From positions 230,853 to 294,852 of the forward strand of contig JBEKIL010000003.1 in assembly GCA_050011775.1 (NCBI GenBank): a stretch of DNA of 64,000 nt. Reading direction: 5' to 3'. This stretch comes from Bacteroidota bacterium. GTDB lineage: Bacteria; Bacteroidota; Ignavibacteria; UBA10030; CAVZMI01. The translations under genes and the position numbers were made by a program. The notes below the pieces were generated by a model. The model searched no databases and was not told where the DNA came from. It was given only the letters and a program-made list of their open reading frames with translations. Positions 48,226-58,282 of the stretch are shown here, one piece after another. Numbering within the stretch: the first letter of the stretch is position 1; each line of letters opens with the position of its first letter.

Positions 48226-50964
48226 ATGATAATATTCTTGATTCATCTTTTTCTTATTTCCTTTGTTTCATACAAGATCACACAGCGGTTTCTGCCGGAT
48301 GTGCTCGAGAGGGTACTGGCCGCTTTCATCCTCGTGTGGGCGAATCTTGTCGTTACCGCCCTTCTTCTTTCTTGTTTTATTCTCTTAGGAAACCGTTATT
48401 TCTATTTTAGTCTCTCGGTTCTGATGACGCTCGTAGGATATGGAATTGTATATAAGAAGAATCCATATCCATCAATAGAGTGGAAAAGTATCATACGACA
48501 ATTCTTCCAGTATTCGTATTCACTCTGGGATATTTTTCTATTTCTGACATTTCTATTCTTTATATGCGTTAACATCGTGATTGCATTTTCCTTCAGACCA
48601 AATGGTTGGGATTCATTGGCTTATCACCTCCCACGCATTTATTTTTATTTGGGGCAGGGGCATCTGGGCCATTTTACAACCGGTGATTTCCGGATGATTT
48701 TCTTTCCATTTAATTATGAATTATTACAACTGCTGTGTGTGACATACGGGCAGCCGGACTGGCTGTTGAATTATACAAATCTCTTTTGCTGGATATTTGC
48801 CGGAATTGCACTTTTTGTCATATGTCGTAGAATTGGCCTGAAAACCGGTACAGCACTTCTTTCGAGCTGGATTGGATTAACTGCGACACTGGTACTTGCT
48901 TATGCAACAATAACATATAATGATCTTCCAACAGCAGTACCGCTTCTCATCGGTGTTGTATTTGCACTTCGATGGTTTGATGATCAACATTGGAAGAACG
49001 TGGTGTTCGCTGGAATTGCGTTTGGACTCTCGGCAGGGAGTAAGCTTACAATATTTTTTTTCTGGCCGATGGGGATCATCATTCCTGGATTCATACTTTA
49101 TCGCATTATTAAAAAGAAGATCACGCTACAACAGGCCTTTCAAGGAGTACGGCATTGGATTGTCGGTGCTCTCATCGCATTTATTCTCACGGCACCGTTT
49201 ATGATGATAAACTACTACTATGCGAAGCAATTGATAACACCAGGAAGCGATTTCATGTTAAATAGACCGTTTAATTGGCGAAGCCCGGGGAAAACCCTTT
49301 ATACCTATGGCCTGCAATTGGTATTTGATCCTTTTCAAAGAGTGGCGATCGATATGCCCGGGAAAAACGTCACGGCAGGAGCGAGAAATTTTTTAGAGCC
49401 GCGAGTCCGGAAATATCTTCTTCCGGATTGGGACCTTAATTACACAGCTTCGAATTTATCTATTTTGTATTCAGGTTTGAGCGAAGATTTTGTTTGGTTC
49501 GGATTTGCCGGTCCTCTTGTTGTGCTTTCAGTGCTCTGGACATTGGTGTCTCGACCAACCCGAAAATCAAATGTTACCTGGTTAGGTCTCGCGAGTATGA
49601 TCTGGATCATTACGTATTGCATTCAGTTTAAGTGGTATTACGGCATTCAACGCTATTTTATTGGGGCATTCCTTCTAGGTATTCCTTGTACCGGTTATTT
49701 TATTGAGACCTTGATTGAGCGATCTTCCATCATTAAATATGTTATCAAGTTTTGTATCGTATCTATCGTTCTGACGTCGGCACTCTTTGGTTACATTTAC
49801 GTAATGAATAAGGCACTACTACTTTTAGTTGATCCGGCATATTACAGCGAGTCACGACAACGCTCACCCCGAATACGCCAGGAGTTATCGCATCAGAAAA
49901 ATATAAATATTGTATTCGGTCAGGAATACCTCAATTTTAGCCAGGAGCATTTCGGCGAAAAATTATATCATCTTATGGATATAGGCAGAGCGCAAACGTT
50001 CCGATTGGATACGGTGACAAGGAAAGGTTGGTATAACATATATTCATGTCCGTCAGCATCGAAAGAAATTCTATATTCAAACAGACCTTCGACATCGTCG
50101 TATGTAACGATTGCTATCCCGGATAAGAAAACACCCGGAGTGGAGTTCCTTGACTCTATATACTTTATTGGGTCATTATATTTTCATTACTATGGGTATG
50201 ACGATGGGATTAAAGCTGCGGATTCATTGAAGAATAACAATTTAATTATGATCAAAGTGGTATTTGATGGAATTACCGGAGACGGCTTTTCGAAACTTCG
50301 ATTGAGTCTGAATGGTTGTCGTGATGCTGACAGCTTTACAACTGAAGTATATTATAAAGATATCATCGGGAATAGAACACTTGGATGCACATTTACAAAA
50401 GATTCGATACAGTCACTGGTCGTCCCCCAATTTTTTACCGGCCTCTACGTTCTTGTCCATGAAAAGCAGACCGGCCTCTTGAAGGGAGAGGGAGAAATAA
50501 AGGTGAGAGAATTTAATTCCGGACAGACTACAACATCGGGTACTATAACTAAAGAAGATCTTATTAAAGTGGCATTGCCCCACAGAGTATTGCTTGATGG
50601 TTTTCGCCTACCGGAAGGTCCGTATCCCCAATGGGATTTGCCCGCTGTACGTTGGGCGAATAGATCGAGGGTGCGATTAGCTTTTTATAGTCAGGAGGAT
50701 GCACCCGGCAAACCAATATTGCTTTCAATGAGTTTCAGACCTCATATACGCCAGACGGCGTTGATGGTTGTAAGCTTTAACGGGAAAAAGCTCAAAGAGT
50801 ACACACTAACGAGTGGAAATTCTTGGAGGAATGACGAATTGCAGCTCACTCCAAAGGGTGGGGCAAATACTCTTGAGTTCGAATTTCCATTAATGAAAAA
50901 TGAAAAACCCTTGCCGGACTCACTCTTTATGCTCTTTAAAACGCTTTCTGTTAGTGGTTTTTAG
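48226..50964 (+). CDS. large membrane protein, paralog B (GT-C-like N-domain plus C-terminal soluble domain)
   Basis: 'MIIFLIHLFLISFVSYKITQRFLPDVLERVLAAFILVWANLVVTALLLSCF' is nearly identical in pattern to the 53548 N-terminus. C-terminal 'PEGPYPQWDLPAVRWAN...EKPLPDSLFMLFKTLSVSGF'. Start 48226 chosen by alignment with paralog C; the listed ORF start is 48163. Confidence 0.5.
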   Translation: MIIFLIHLFLISFVSYKITQRFLPDVLERVLAAFILVWANLVVTALLLSCFILLGNRYFYFSLSVLMTLVGYGIVYKKNPYPSIEWKSIIRQFFQYSYSLWDIFLFLTFLFFICVNIVIAFSFRPNGWDSLAYHLPRIYFYLGQGHLGHFTTGDFRMIFFPFNYELLQLLCVTYGQPDWLLNYTNLFCWIFAGIALFVICRRIGLKTGTALLSSWIGLTATLVLAYATITYNDLPTAVPLLIGVVFALRWFDDQHWKNVVFAGIAFGLSAGSKLTIFFFWPMGIIIPGFILYRIIKKKITLQQAFQGVRHWIVGALIAFILTAPFMMINYYYAKQLITPGSDFMLNRPFNWRSPGKTLYTYGLQLVFDPFQRVAIDMPGKNVTAGARNFLEPRVRKYLLPDWDLNYTASNLSILYSGLSEDFVWFGFAGPLVVLSVLWTLVSRPTRKSNVTWLGLASMIWIITYCIQFKWYYGIQRYFIGAFLLGIPCTGYFIETLIERSSIIKYVIKFCIVSIVLTSALFGYIYVMNKALLLLVDPAYYSESRQRSPRIRQELSHQKNINIVFGQEYLNFSQEHFGEKLYHLMDIGRAQTFRLDTVTRKGWYNIYSCPSASKEILYSNRPSTSSYVTIAIPDKKTPGVEFLDSIYFIGSLYFHYYGYDDGIKAADSLKNNNLIMIKVVFDGITGDGFSKLRLSLNGCRDADSFTTEVYYKDIIGNRTLGCTFTKDSIQSLVVPQFFTGLYVLVHEKQTGLLKGEGEIKVREFNSGQTTTSGTITKEDLIKVALPHRVLLDGFRLPEGPYPQWDLPAVRWANRSRVRLAFYSQEDAPGKPILLSMSFRPHIRQTALMVVSFNGKKLKEYTLTSGNSWRNDELQLTPKGGANTLEFEFPLMKNEKPLPDSLFMLFKTLSVSGF

Positions 50965-51073
50965 TGATTGTGCATCGTGCTCAAATTAGAGCCGTAGTAT
51001 ATTGGAAGACAATAGAAATTGGGCAATAAAAATGAGATTCTGGGAATTGATCCTATTTGAGCACATTTAAAAA

Positions 51074-51952
51074 ATGGTGATAAGCATAATACCGTTCTAT
51101 AAGCAAATCCCTTTCACTCGAATAAAAATTGCTATTGCAAAAATACTTTATCGACTGGTGAAAATCTTTTATCATTCCGATCAACAGATTATTGTGAGGA
51201 ACGGTCTCAACTATCAGGTTGATCTAAGCGAGGGGATTGATCTTTCGATATTTCTATTTGGAGATTTTCAGAAATGGGTTCATGATTGCAAAAATGTACG
51301 CATTCCCCCTGACGGTGTTATACTTGACGTCGGGGCGAACATCGGGACAATGAGTCTTCAATTAGCAGTAAGAGTCCCTCACGGTCTCGTGTATGCGTTT
51401 GAACCGACCGATTATGCATTTGCGAAACTCATTCGGAATATTTCTTTGAATCCTGATATAGCAGGGAGGATTCGTCCATTTCAGATTTTTATATCCGATC
51501 ATGATCGTGCAGTTCATACTATCAAGGCGTATTCAAGCTGGAAAATTGATGGGTCGGGGATTTCCGTACATCCCCTCCACGGCGGCTCAATTAAACCGGC
51601 TGCTTCAATTCCTTCGGTTACTATTGATCATTTCTGTGAAATTAACAACATCTACAGAATCGATTTTATCAAAATTGACACTGATGGGCATGAATATCAA
51701 GTCTTAAAGGGTGCAGAAAAGACGTTAAAAAACTATCATCCATATATCGTTTTCGAAATCGGTTTCTATCTCATGAAAGAATCGGGAGTAAATTTTGAAG
51801 AATATTACAATTACTTATCAGCTTTAAACTATTATTTAGTAAATAGTAAAAACGATCAAATTGTTTCAAAGGAAAATTACCATCGTCAGATCCCATACAA
51901 TTCAACGACGGATCTTATCGCTATTCCGACAGTTCGTGGTTCTGGAACATGA
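51074..51952 (+). CDS. FkbM-family methyltransferase
   Basis: 'VILDVGANIGTMSLQLA', 'YAFEPTDYAFAKL', 'IDFIKIDTDGHEYQVLKGA'. Confidence 0.8.
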   Translation: MVISIIPFYKQIPFTRIKIAIAKILYRLVKIFYHSDQQIIVRNGLNYQVDLSEGIDLSIFLFGDFQKWVHDCKNVRIPPDGVILDVGANIGTMSLQLAVRVPHGLVYAFEPTDYAFAKLIRNISLNPDIAGRIRPFQIFISDHDRAVHTIKAYSSWKIDGSGISVHPLHGGSIKPAASIPSVTIDHFCEINNIYRIDFIKIDTDGHEYQVLKGAEKTLKNYHPYIVFEIGFYLMKESGVNFEEYYNYLSALNYYLVNSKNDQIVSKENYHRQIPYNSTTDLIAIPTVRGSGT

Positions 51953-51983
51953 GATTAGCGGGACTGGATCATAATAATGATCC

Positions 51984-53477
51984 GTGATTTTAAGTGAAGG
52001 AATATCATTGGTTTTTACGATAACCAGAGACCAGCCAGTCGAGGCCATGGTATTATCTAAAAGAAAACAATCGATCCGGGAGCTATCGGATGCATTGGCA
52101 CCGATGCGTGATCGATGGATTGCGCGCAACAGGTATTTTCATGAGTCGGATTTTCGATACATGCGATTCCTTATACCCGAAGAATCGAATGTTCTCGATC
52201 TGGGATGCAGTACAGGACGGCTTTTGTCGGAATTGCGGCCGAAAAGGGGAGTCGGTATCGACATCAGCGACCGGATGATTAAAATTGCACAACGAAATTA
52301 TCCGGCATACGAATTTTATCAGGGTGACGTTGAAGATAAAACGTTCATAGAAACGATCCAGGGGCCGTTTGATTATATCATACTCTCAGATACGATCGGG
52401 TCTCTCGATGACTGTGAATCGACTCTTCAGCAGCTGCACCCCTTATGCACGCCGGAAACACGAATTGTAATTTCGTATTATTCCGCTCTCTGGGAACCCA
52501 TTCTCGTATTTGGAGAATTGGTGAAGTTGAGAATGCGCCAGGCGAAACAGAATTGGTTATCGACAGACGATATCATGAATATCCTTTTTCTGGCGGGGTA
52601 CGAGACTATTAAGAGGGAATGGAGGCAATTGATACCCAGACGCCTTTTAGGATTAGGTTCGCTTATTAACCGCTATTTGGCTCCTCTCGCAATAATCCGC
52701 CGGCTCTGTCTGCGGAATTATATCGTGGCCCGTCCGACAACAGGAGCTATTGATAGATTACACTCGGCCTCGATCATTATACCATGTCGTAATGAGAAAG
52801 GGAATATCGAGACAACTGTTCAACGCATCCCGCGTTTTTGTGGTAGTTGTGAAATCATTTTTGTTGAAGGACACAGCGATGATGGTACTCTTGACGAGAT
52901 TTATAGGATCATCGACAAATATATGGAGAAAGAAATTAGAGTTTTCGTGCAGGATGGAAAAGGGAAGGGAGATGCAGTTCGGAAGGGATGTGCAAATGCA
53001 AGGGGAGATATCCTCATTATCCTCGATGCCGATTTAACAGTACCGCCGGAGGCGCTGCCAAAATTTTATGACGCGATTATCTCCAGGAAGGGAGAGTTCG
53101 TCAACGGGACGCGGCTTGTGTATCCAATCGAGAAGGATTCGATGCGATGGTTGAATTTTATTGCCAACAGGATGTTTTCCTTGATGTTTAGCTGGCTTTT
53201 AAACCAGCGATTTACCGATACACTGTGTGGTTCAAAAGCATTACCAAGAATTTATTATAATAAGATTGCACAGAATCGAAGTTATTTTGGCGAATTCGAT
53301 CCATTCGGGGACTTTGACCTCATCTTTGGAGCGGCTAAGCTTAATATGAAGATTGTCGAGATACCTATCAAGTATGCTCAACGAACATATGGCGAGACCC
53401 AGATATCGCGGTTTCGCCATGGATGGCTCTTGCTTCGAATGGTTGCGTTTGCATTGAAAAAATTTAAAATGTTTTAA
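51984..53477 (+). CDS. bifunctional class I SAM methyltransferase (N-terminal) plus GT2 DPM1-like glycosyltransferase (C-terminal)
   Basis: N-terminal 'VLDLGCSTGRLLSEL...VGIDISDRMIKIAQ'. C-terminal 'ASIIIPCRNEKGNIETTVQRIP', 'GDILIILDADLTVPPEALPKF'. GTG 51984; alternative ATG 52047. Confidence 0.75.
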   Translation: MILSEGISLVFTITRDQPVEAMVLSKRKQSIRELSDALAPMRDRWIARNRYFHESDFRYMRFLIPEESNVLDLGCSTGRLLSELRPKRGVGIDISDRMIKIAQRNYPAYEFYQGDVEDKTFIETIQGPFDYIILSDTIGSLDDCESTLQQLHPLCTPETRIVISYYSALWEPILVFGELVKLRMRQAKQNWLSTDDIMNILFLAGYETIKREWRQLIPRRLLGLGSLINRYLAPLAIIRRLCLRNYIVARPTTGAIDRLHSASIIIPCRNEKGNIETTVQRIPRFCGSCEIIFVEGHSDDGTLDEIYRIIDKYMEKEIRVFVQDGKGKGDAVRKGCANARGDILIILDADLTVPPEALPKFYDAIISRKGEFVNGTRLVYPIEKDSMRWLNFIANRMFSLMFSWLLNQRFTDTLCGSKALPRIYYNKIAQNRSYFGEFDPFGDFDLIFGAAKLNMKIVEIPIKYAQRTYGETQISRFRHGWLLLRMVAFALKKFKMF

Positions 53478-53547
53478 TAAAAGCATCAGTATAATAAAGA
53501 CAATAGTGTTTTTAAAAACGTCAATGAATTAAATTGGATCGTGTGCC

Positions 53548-56274
53548 ATGGTAATTTTTATTATTCATCTTCTTTTTGTTTCCTTTTTCTCGTACAAAAT
53601 CGCGCAGCGATTTGTACCGGAAGTCCTCGAGAGAATACTGGCAGCATACCTCATCGTCTGGACGAATCTCGTCGTTACTGCCCTTTTGCTTTCATGCTTT
53701 TCTCTCCTGGGAGACCGCCAACTTTATTTTCGCTTTTCGGTACTGGCGACGCTTTTGGTTTTTGGGATTGTGTATAAAAAGAATCCATATCCATCCCTTG
53801 ATTTGAGAAATAATGTAGTTAAATTCTTCCGGCGCTCCTTTTCTCTCTGGGAAACTTTTCTCCTTGTAACAATTCTTTTCTTTCTCTGTGCCAATATCGT
53901 GATCGTATTTTCTTTCAGTCCCAACAACTACGATTCATTGACTTATCACCTTCCACGCATTCACTTTTATCTTTCACAAGGTCATCTGGGTCATTTTACG
54001 ACTATTAATACCCGTATGACATTTTTCCCATTTAATTATCAGCTGCTTCAATTGTTCTGCATAACATACGGCCAGCCCGATTGGTTGATCAACTTTCCGA
54101 ACCTACTTTCGTGGGTTCTTGCAGGGCTTGCACTCTTTGTGTTATGCAGAAGGGTCGGATTATCAGTATCGACCGCATTTCTTTCAAGCTGGATTGGATT
54201 GACATCGACGCAGGTGCTCGCGCAGGCAACAACGACGACCGTCGATCTCCCTGTCGCGGTTCCCCTGCTTATTGGCGTAATCTTTACAATTCGATGGCTG
54301 AACGAACGAAAATTGAAAAATATCGTGTTTGCGGGTCTTGCCTTCGGGTTATCAGCCGGCAGCAAGATGACAATATTTTTTTACTGGCCGGTCGTATTTG
54401 CCATAGCCGGTTTCATCATCTTCCGTATTTTTCAAAAGAAAATTTCTCTACAGCAAGCCTTTCAGGGAATCAGGCACTGGTTAGTTGCCGGACTCATTGC
54501 AGTCAGCCTTTCAGCACCATTCTTGATGATAAATTATTATTATTCGAAGCAATTGATGACATCGGAATATGATTTCCTTCTCAATAAGCCGTTCAATTGG
54601 AAGTGTGCTGTTCAGACAATATATACCTACAGTTTACAATTGGCTGTTGAACCCTTGCAGCGTACGGCGATTGACATACCGGGGATAAACATCAGCGGAG
54701 CAGCGAGAAGTTATTTGGAACCGCGAGTCCGGAAATATTTTCTTCCTGCATGGAACCCAAATTACGCGGTATCTGATTTATATGTCTTCCCCCCGGATTT
54801 AAATGAGGATCATGTCTGGTTCGGATTTGCAGGCCCATGTATCATGCTCTCCGTGCTCATGGTAATCGTGCTACGTTCGCCCCGTAAAACAGTCATTTTC
54901 TGGCTGGGTCTTGCCAGTATAATGTGGCTTCTCACATATTGTACTCAAAACAAATGGTCACTCTATACTCAACGCTATTTCGTGGGGGCATTTCTCCTGA
55001 GCATTCCGTGTGCCGGCTTTTTCATTGAGAACCTGACAAATCGAATTTCTGTTTTAAGGCATTTCGTCAATATTGGTATTGTATTTCTTGTGACAACTTC
55101 GGCGCTCTTTGGCTACATCTATGTTATGACGAACACTACACGGGCTCTTCCGCTTATATTTGATCCGGCACAATTGCGCGGATTCCCGCAACGCCCACGT
55201 CAGATACTCGAGACATTATCACAATACAAAAAAATTAATATAGTCTATGCCGGAAAGGAACACGGGAACGAACGTTTATATTGTCTCATGAACACGGGGA
55301 GATCGCAGGAATTCCGGATTGACACGACGACAAGGCCGGATTGGTATAATGTCTATTCGCATTGGTCTCCATCGAAGGAAGCCCTCTATGTAAATATACC
55401 GTCCACATCATCGTATCTTACTCTTACTATCCCGGATAAAAAAACACCCGGGTTGAATTATCTCGGTTCAATTGGCACCGGACTGACCGGCTATGATTAT
55501 TATGGATATGATGCGACAAGCAACGCGACGGATTCGCTAAAACTAAGCAATTTAATCATGATGACAGCGGTGTTTGATGGATTTGCGGACAACAGGCTGT
55601 CAGATCTCCAATTACACCTCAACGGTATTCGAGAAGCCGATAGCCTTTATGTAAAAATATATTCTGACGATGGAATGGGGAATAGAACAGATCTAGCGAC
55701 TTTTTCAAAGGATGCAATGCAGCATGTTGTTGCCCCCAAAACATATAAGTATCTACTTATTATGGTGCATGAAAAATTGACTCACAATATGGTAGCGGAG
55801 GGACAATTTCTGGTAAAAAATTATGAAGGAGAAAAAGGCATTGCCTCAAACACGACTCAGACCGTCGATCTGATAGCCGAGCGGAAATCCGTTAAGGTAT
55901 CGCTCGATGGTTTTAAAAATCCTGAAGGACCATACCCGCAATGGAACTTGCCTCTGGTGCGGTGGGCAAATAAATCAATCGCACAATTTACCTTCAAGAA
56001 TGATATAATATCATCTGCCCGTCCCGTCATACTCTCGTTGAGTTTCCGGCCGCAGATACGGCCGGCAGCCACCATGGTTGTTCAATTCAATGATAAGATA
56101 ATGAAGACATATCAACTTACAAATACCACTGCATGGAATAATGACGAGTTAAAATTATACCCTATAAAAGGTATGAATACAATCGAGTTCTCATTTCCTA
56201 TGATGAAGGGGGAGAAACCCTTGCCGGATTCTCTCTATATGCTTTTTAAAACACTTTCTTTTAGCGGTCTGTAG
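53548..56274 (+). CDS. large membrane protein, paralog C (GT-C-like N-domain plus C-terminal soluble domain)
   Basis: 908 aa. 'PNNYDSLTYHLPRIHFYLSQGHLGHFTT', 'PFNYQLLQ', 'GLSAGSKMTIFFYWP'. C-terminal 'PEGPYPQWNLPLVRWAN...EKPLPDSLYMLFKTLSFSGL'. Confidence 0.5.
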   Translation: MVIFIIHLLFVSFFSYKIAQRFVPEVLERILAAYLIVWTNLVVTALLLSCFSLLGDRQLYFRFSVLATLLVFGIVYKKNPYPSLDLRNNVVKFFRRSFSLWETFLLVTILFFLCANIVIVFSFSPNNYDSLTYHLPRIHFYLSQGHLGHFTTINTRMTFFPFNYQLLQLFCITYGQPDWLINFPNLLSWVLAGLALFVLCRRVGLSVSTAFLSSWIGLTSTQVLAQATTTTVDLPVAVPLLIGVIFTIRWLNERKLKNIVFAGLAFGLSAGSKMTIFFYWPVVFAIAGFIIFRIFQKKISLQQAFQGIRHWLVAGLIAVSLSAPFLMINYYYSKQLMTSEYDFLLNKPFNWKCAVQTIYTYSLQLAVEPLQRTAIDIPGINISGAARSYLEPRVRKYFLPAWNPNYAVSDLYVFPPDLNEDHVWFGFAGPCIMLSVLMVIVLRSPRKTVIFWLGLASIMWLLTYCTQNKWSLYTQRYFVGAFLLSIPCAGFFIENLTNRISVLRHFVNIGIVFLVTTSALFGYIYVMTNTTRALPLIFDPAQLRGFPQRPRQILETLSQYKKINIVYAGKEHGNERLYCLMNTGRSQEFRIDTTTRPDWYNVYSHWSPSKEALYVNIPSTSSYLTLTIPDKKTPGLNYLGSIGTGLTGYDYYGYDATSNATDSLKLSNLIMMTAVFDGFADNRLSDLQLHLNGIREADSLYVKIYSDDGMGNRTDLATFSKDAMQHVVAPKTYKYLLIMVHEKLTHNMVAEGQFLVKNYEGEKGIASNTTQTVDLIAERKSVKVSLDGFKNPEGPYPQWNLPLVRWANKSIAQFTFKNDIISSARPVILSLSFRPQIRPAATMVVQFNDKIMKTYQLTNTTAWNNDELKLYPIKGMNTIEFSFPMMKGEKPLPDSLYMLFKTLSFSGL

Positions 56275-56305
56275 TGACATGCCAATAGTGTAAAGAAAAA
56301 AACGA

Positions 56306-57466
56306 ATGAATGAAAATAGGATGGCAAATCCGCAACAGAAGCGGCAGTACGATAATCGTATTGATTTACTGAAAGGTATAGCAATTTTTGGTGTTGCATG
56401 TATCCATTTCGGAGGGAGTTTTGTCGGCGATTCCGTAGTTTTATGGACTGCTCCTTTTTACGTCGGATTATTTCTCAACCAATTTTTTAGCTTCTCCGTG
56501 GCGTTGTTTATTTTTCTTTCAGGATGGCTTCTTGAGTATCAATATACCTCGAGGCCTTTCCATGTGTCGACATTTTATCGCCGTCGTCTCATTCGCATTT
56601 TGATCCCTTATACTGTTGTTGTGGGCGCATATTTTGTGTTATTACCGGAGTCGGAAATCATCAAAGCCGTTACTCCATCGAACTTTTTAATTAAATTCTT
56701 CTATTATGGCGTCCAAGGAACACAATATTTCATATCGCTTATCCTCCAGCTCTATATCGTATATCCGGTACTGCGGTGGATAAAAAATAAAATTTCTTCA
56801 ACCGGTATACGCTGGCTATCTTTCGTACCAATGTTAGTCTTAATCGCTATTCATGGAACGCTTGGTTTTATGACATATTCAAACAAACTCGATTACTATA
56901 CATGGTGCAGACCCTTTTCTCTCTTTTGGATGGTATTTTTTTATGGGGGAATGGTGGCATATTCATCTCGTCAGTCAATGAAACAGCCGGTCAGCATGTA
57001 TTTATTTTTGGGTGCGGTGTTTTCTTTTTTGATCGGAATGTTCATCCTTATCATGAGTCGTCTCTTGAATCCGGCGATTGTGGGGATGGATTTTGGGAAA
57101 TCAATGATCGATTATGCCTATTCGCGGCCGGAGATTATGTTCTACAACATCATATGGATCATTATCATAGCGTTTGTTCTGCGACTCCAGTGGTCTTTTC
57201 GTGCCGCCTTACTCGAGCAATGGGGAAAAAATTCTTACACAATCTATCTCTGGCATATTTTGTTCATTTATTACATTGCATGGAATCAGCCGGTGGTCCT
57301 TGAGACATGCAGAAATTTCCCCGAAGTGATCGTTTTTGTGTGTATATTTGCATGCATGGTGATCTCGGCGGCAAGCCGCTGTATCGATTACGCTCAGGCA
57401 TTTCTTCTGATTCAGTGGAAATCTTTGCGGGCAAGGCTGGTGCCCTCCAAAGTAGAAGGATCGTAG
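56306..57466 (+). CDS. acyltransferase family 3 (OatA/WecH-like membrane O-acyltransferase)
   Basis: 'YDNRIDLLKGIAIFGVACIHF' N-terminal signature, ~10 TM, 386 aa. Confidence 0.8.
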   Translation: MNENRMANPQQKRQYDNRIDLLKGIAIFGVACIHFGGSFVGDSVVLWTAPFYVGLFLNQFFSFSVALFIFLSGWLLEYQYTSRPFHVSTFYRRRLIRILIPYTVVVGAYFVLLPESEIIKAVTPSNFLIKFFYYGVQGTQYFISLILQLYIVYPVLRWIKNKISSTGIRWLSFVPMLVLIAIHGTLGFMTYSNKLDYYTWCRPFSLFWMVFFYGGMVAYSSRQSMKQPVSMYLFLGAVFSFLIGMFILIMSRLLNPAIVGMDFGKSMIDYAYSRPEIMFYNIIWIIIIAFVLRLQWSFRAALLEQWGKNSYTIYLWHILFIYYIAWNQPVVLETCRNFPEVIVFVCIFACMVISAASRCIDYAQAFLLIQWKSLRARLVPSKVEGS

Positions 57467-57475
57467 AAGTAACTT

Positions 57476-58225
57476 ATGACAGGTACTCCGGTAGACAGCG
57501 GTGATATCGTCTATGACGTCTCGGGCGATCCATACTACGTTGAAGATCTTCAGATGATGGCGAAAGCGGTCCGTTATAGGCAATGGCTCTATGATCTTCT
57601 TCATCCTTTCCTGGGGACGCAAATTCTGGAAGTAGGAGGAGGAATTGGAAATTACACATTGATGTTTGTCGGGAATGCAGAATCAGTGGTGAGCATCGAA
57701 CCGAATGCATATTGTTTTGACAGGCTGTCCGAAGCCACGAAAGATGATCCAAAAATACAAATCTTGAAGACAGACCTGGAACACCTGCATTTTTCACTGC
57801 TGGATTCGAAAGAGTTCGATACGGTAGTCTCGATTAATGTTTTGGAGCATATCGCGGATGATATGAAGGCTGTCGAAAAGATGAAGTCGTACCTTCTTCC
57901 CGGCGGGAGACTTGTCCTGATCGTTCCGGCTGTCCCTGCGGCTTTTGGTGGTATCGACCGGAAGGTAGGCCACTACCGACGCTACTCCCGTAAGATGATC
58001 CGGGAATTATTTCGGAAGGCAGGGATGGAGAGCGAAATTATACGATATTTCAATTTCGCTGGCCTTCTTGGGTGGTTCTGGAACGCAAAAATCTGGCCGA
58101 GGAATACACAGAGCGAACGGCAAATTATGATTTTTGACACCTATCTCGTCCCTCTGATCTCGCGCCTTGAATATGTCGTGCCAGCCCCCGTCGGGCAATC
58201 GCTTCTGGCTGTAGCGCGAAAATGA
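57476..58225 (+). CDS. class I SAM-dependent methyltransferase
   Basis: 'ILEVGGGIGNYTLMFV', 'VVSINVLEHIADDMKAVEKM', 'PGGRLVLIVP'. Confidence 0.75.
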   Translation: MTGTPVDSGDIVYDVSGDPYYVEDLQMMAKAVRYRQWLYDLLHPFLGTQILEVGGGIGNYTLMFVGNAESVVSIEPNAYCFDRLSEATKDDPKIQILKTDLEHLHFSLLDSKEFDTVVSINVLEHIADDMKAVEKMKSYLLPGGRLVLIVPAVPAAFGGIDRKVGHYRRYSRKMIRELFRKAGMESEIIRYFNFAGLLGWFWNAKIWPRNTQSERQIMIFDTYLVPLISRLEYVVPAPVGQSLLAVARK

Positions 58226-58282
58226 TATGTATGGAAAATAGTAATCAGGGAAATTTCACCGGATAGATTCCTAGAAACGGAG

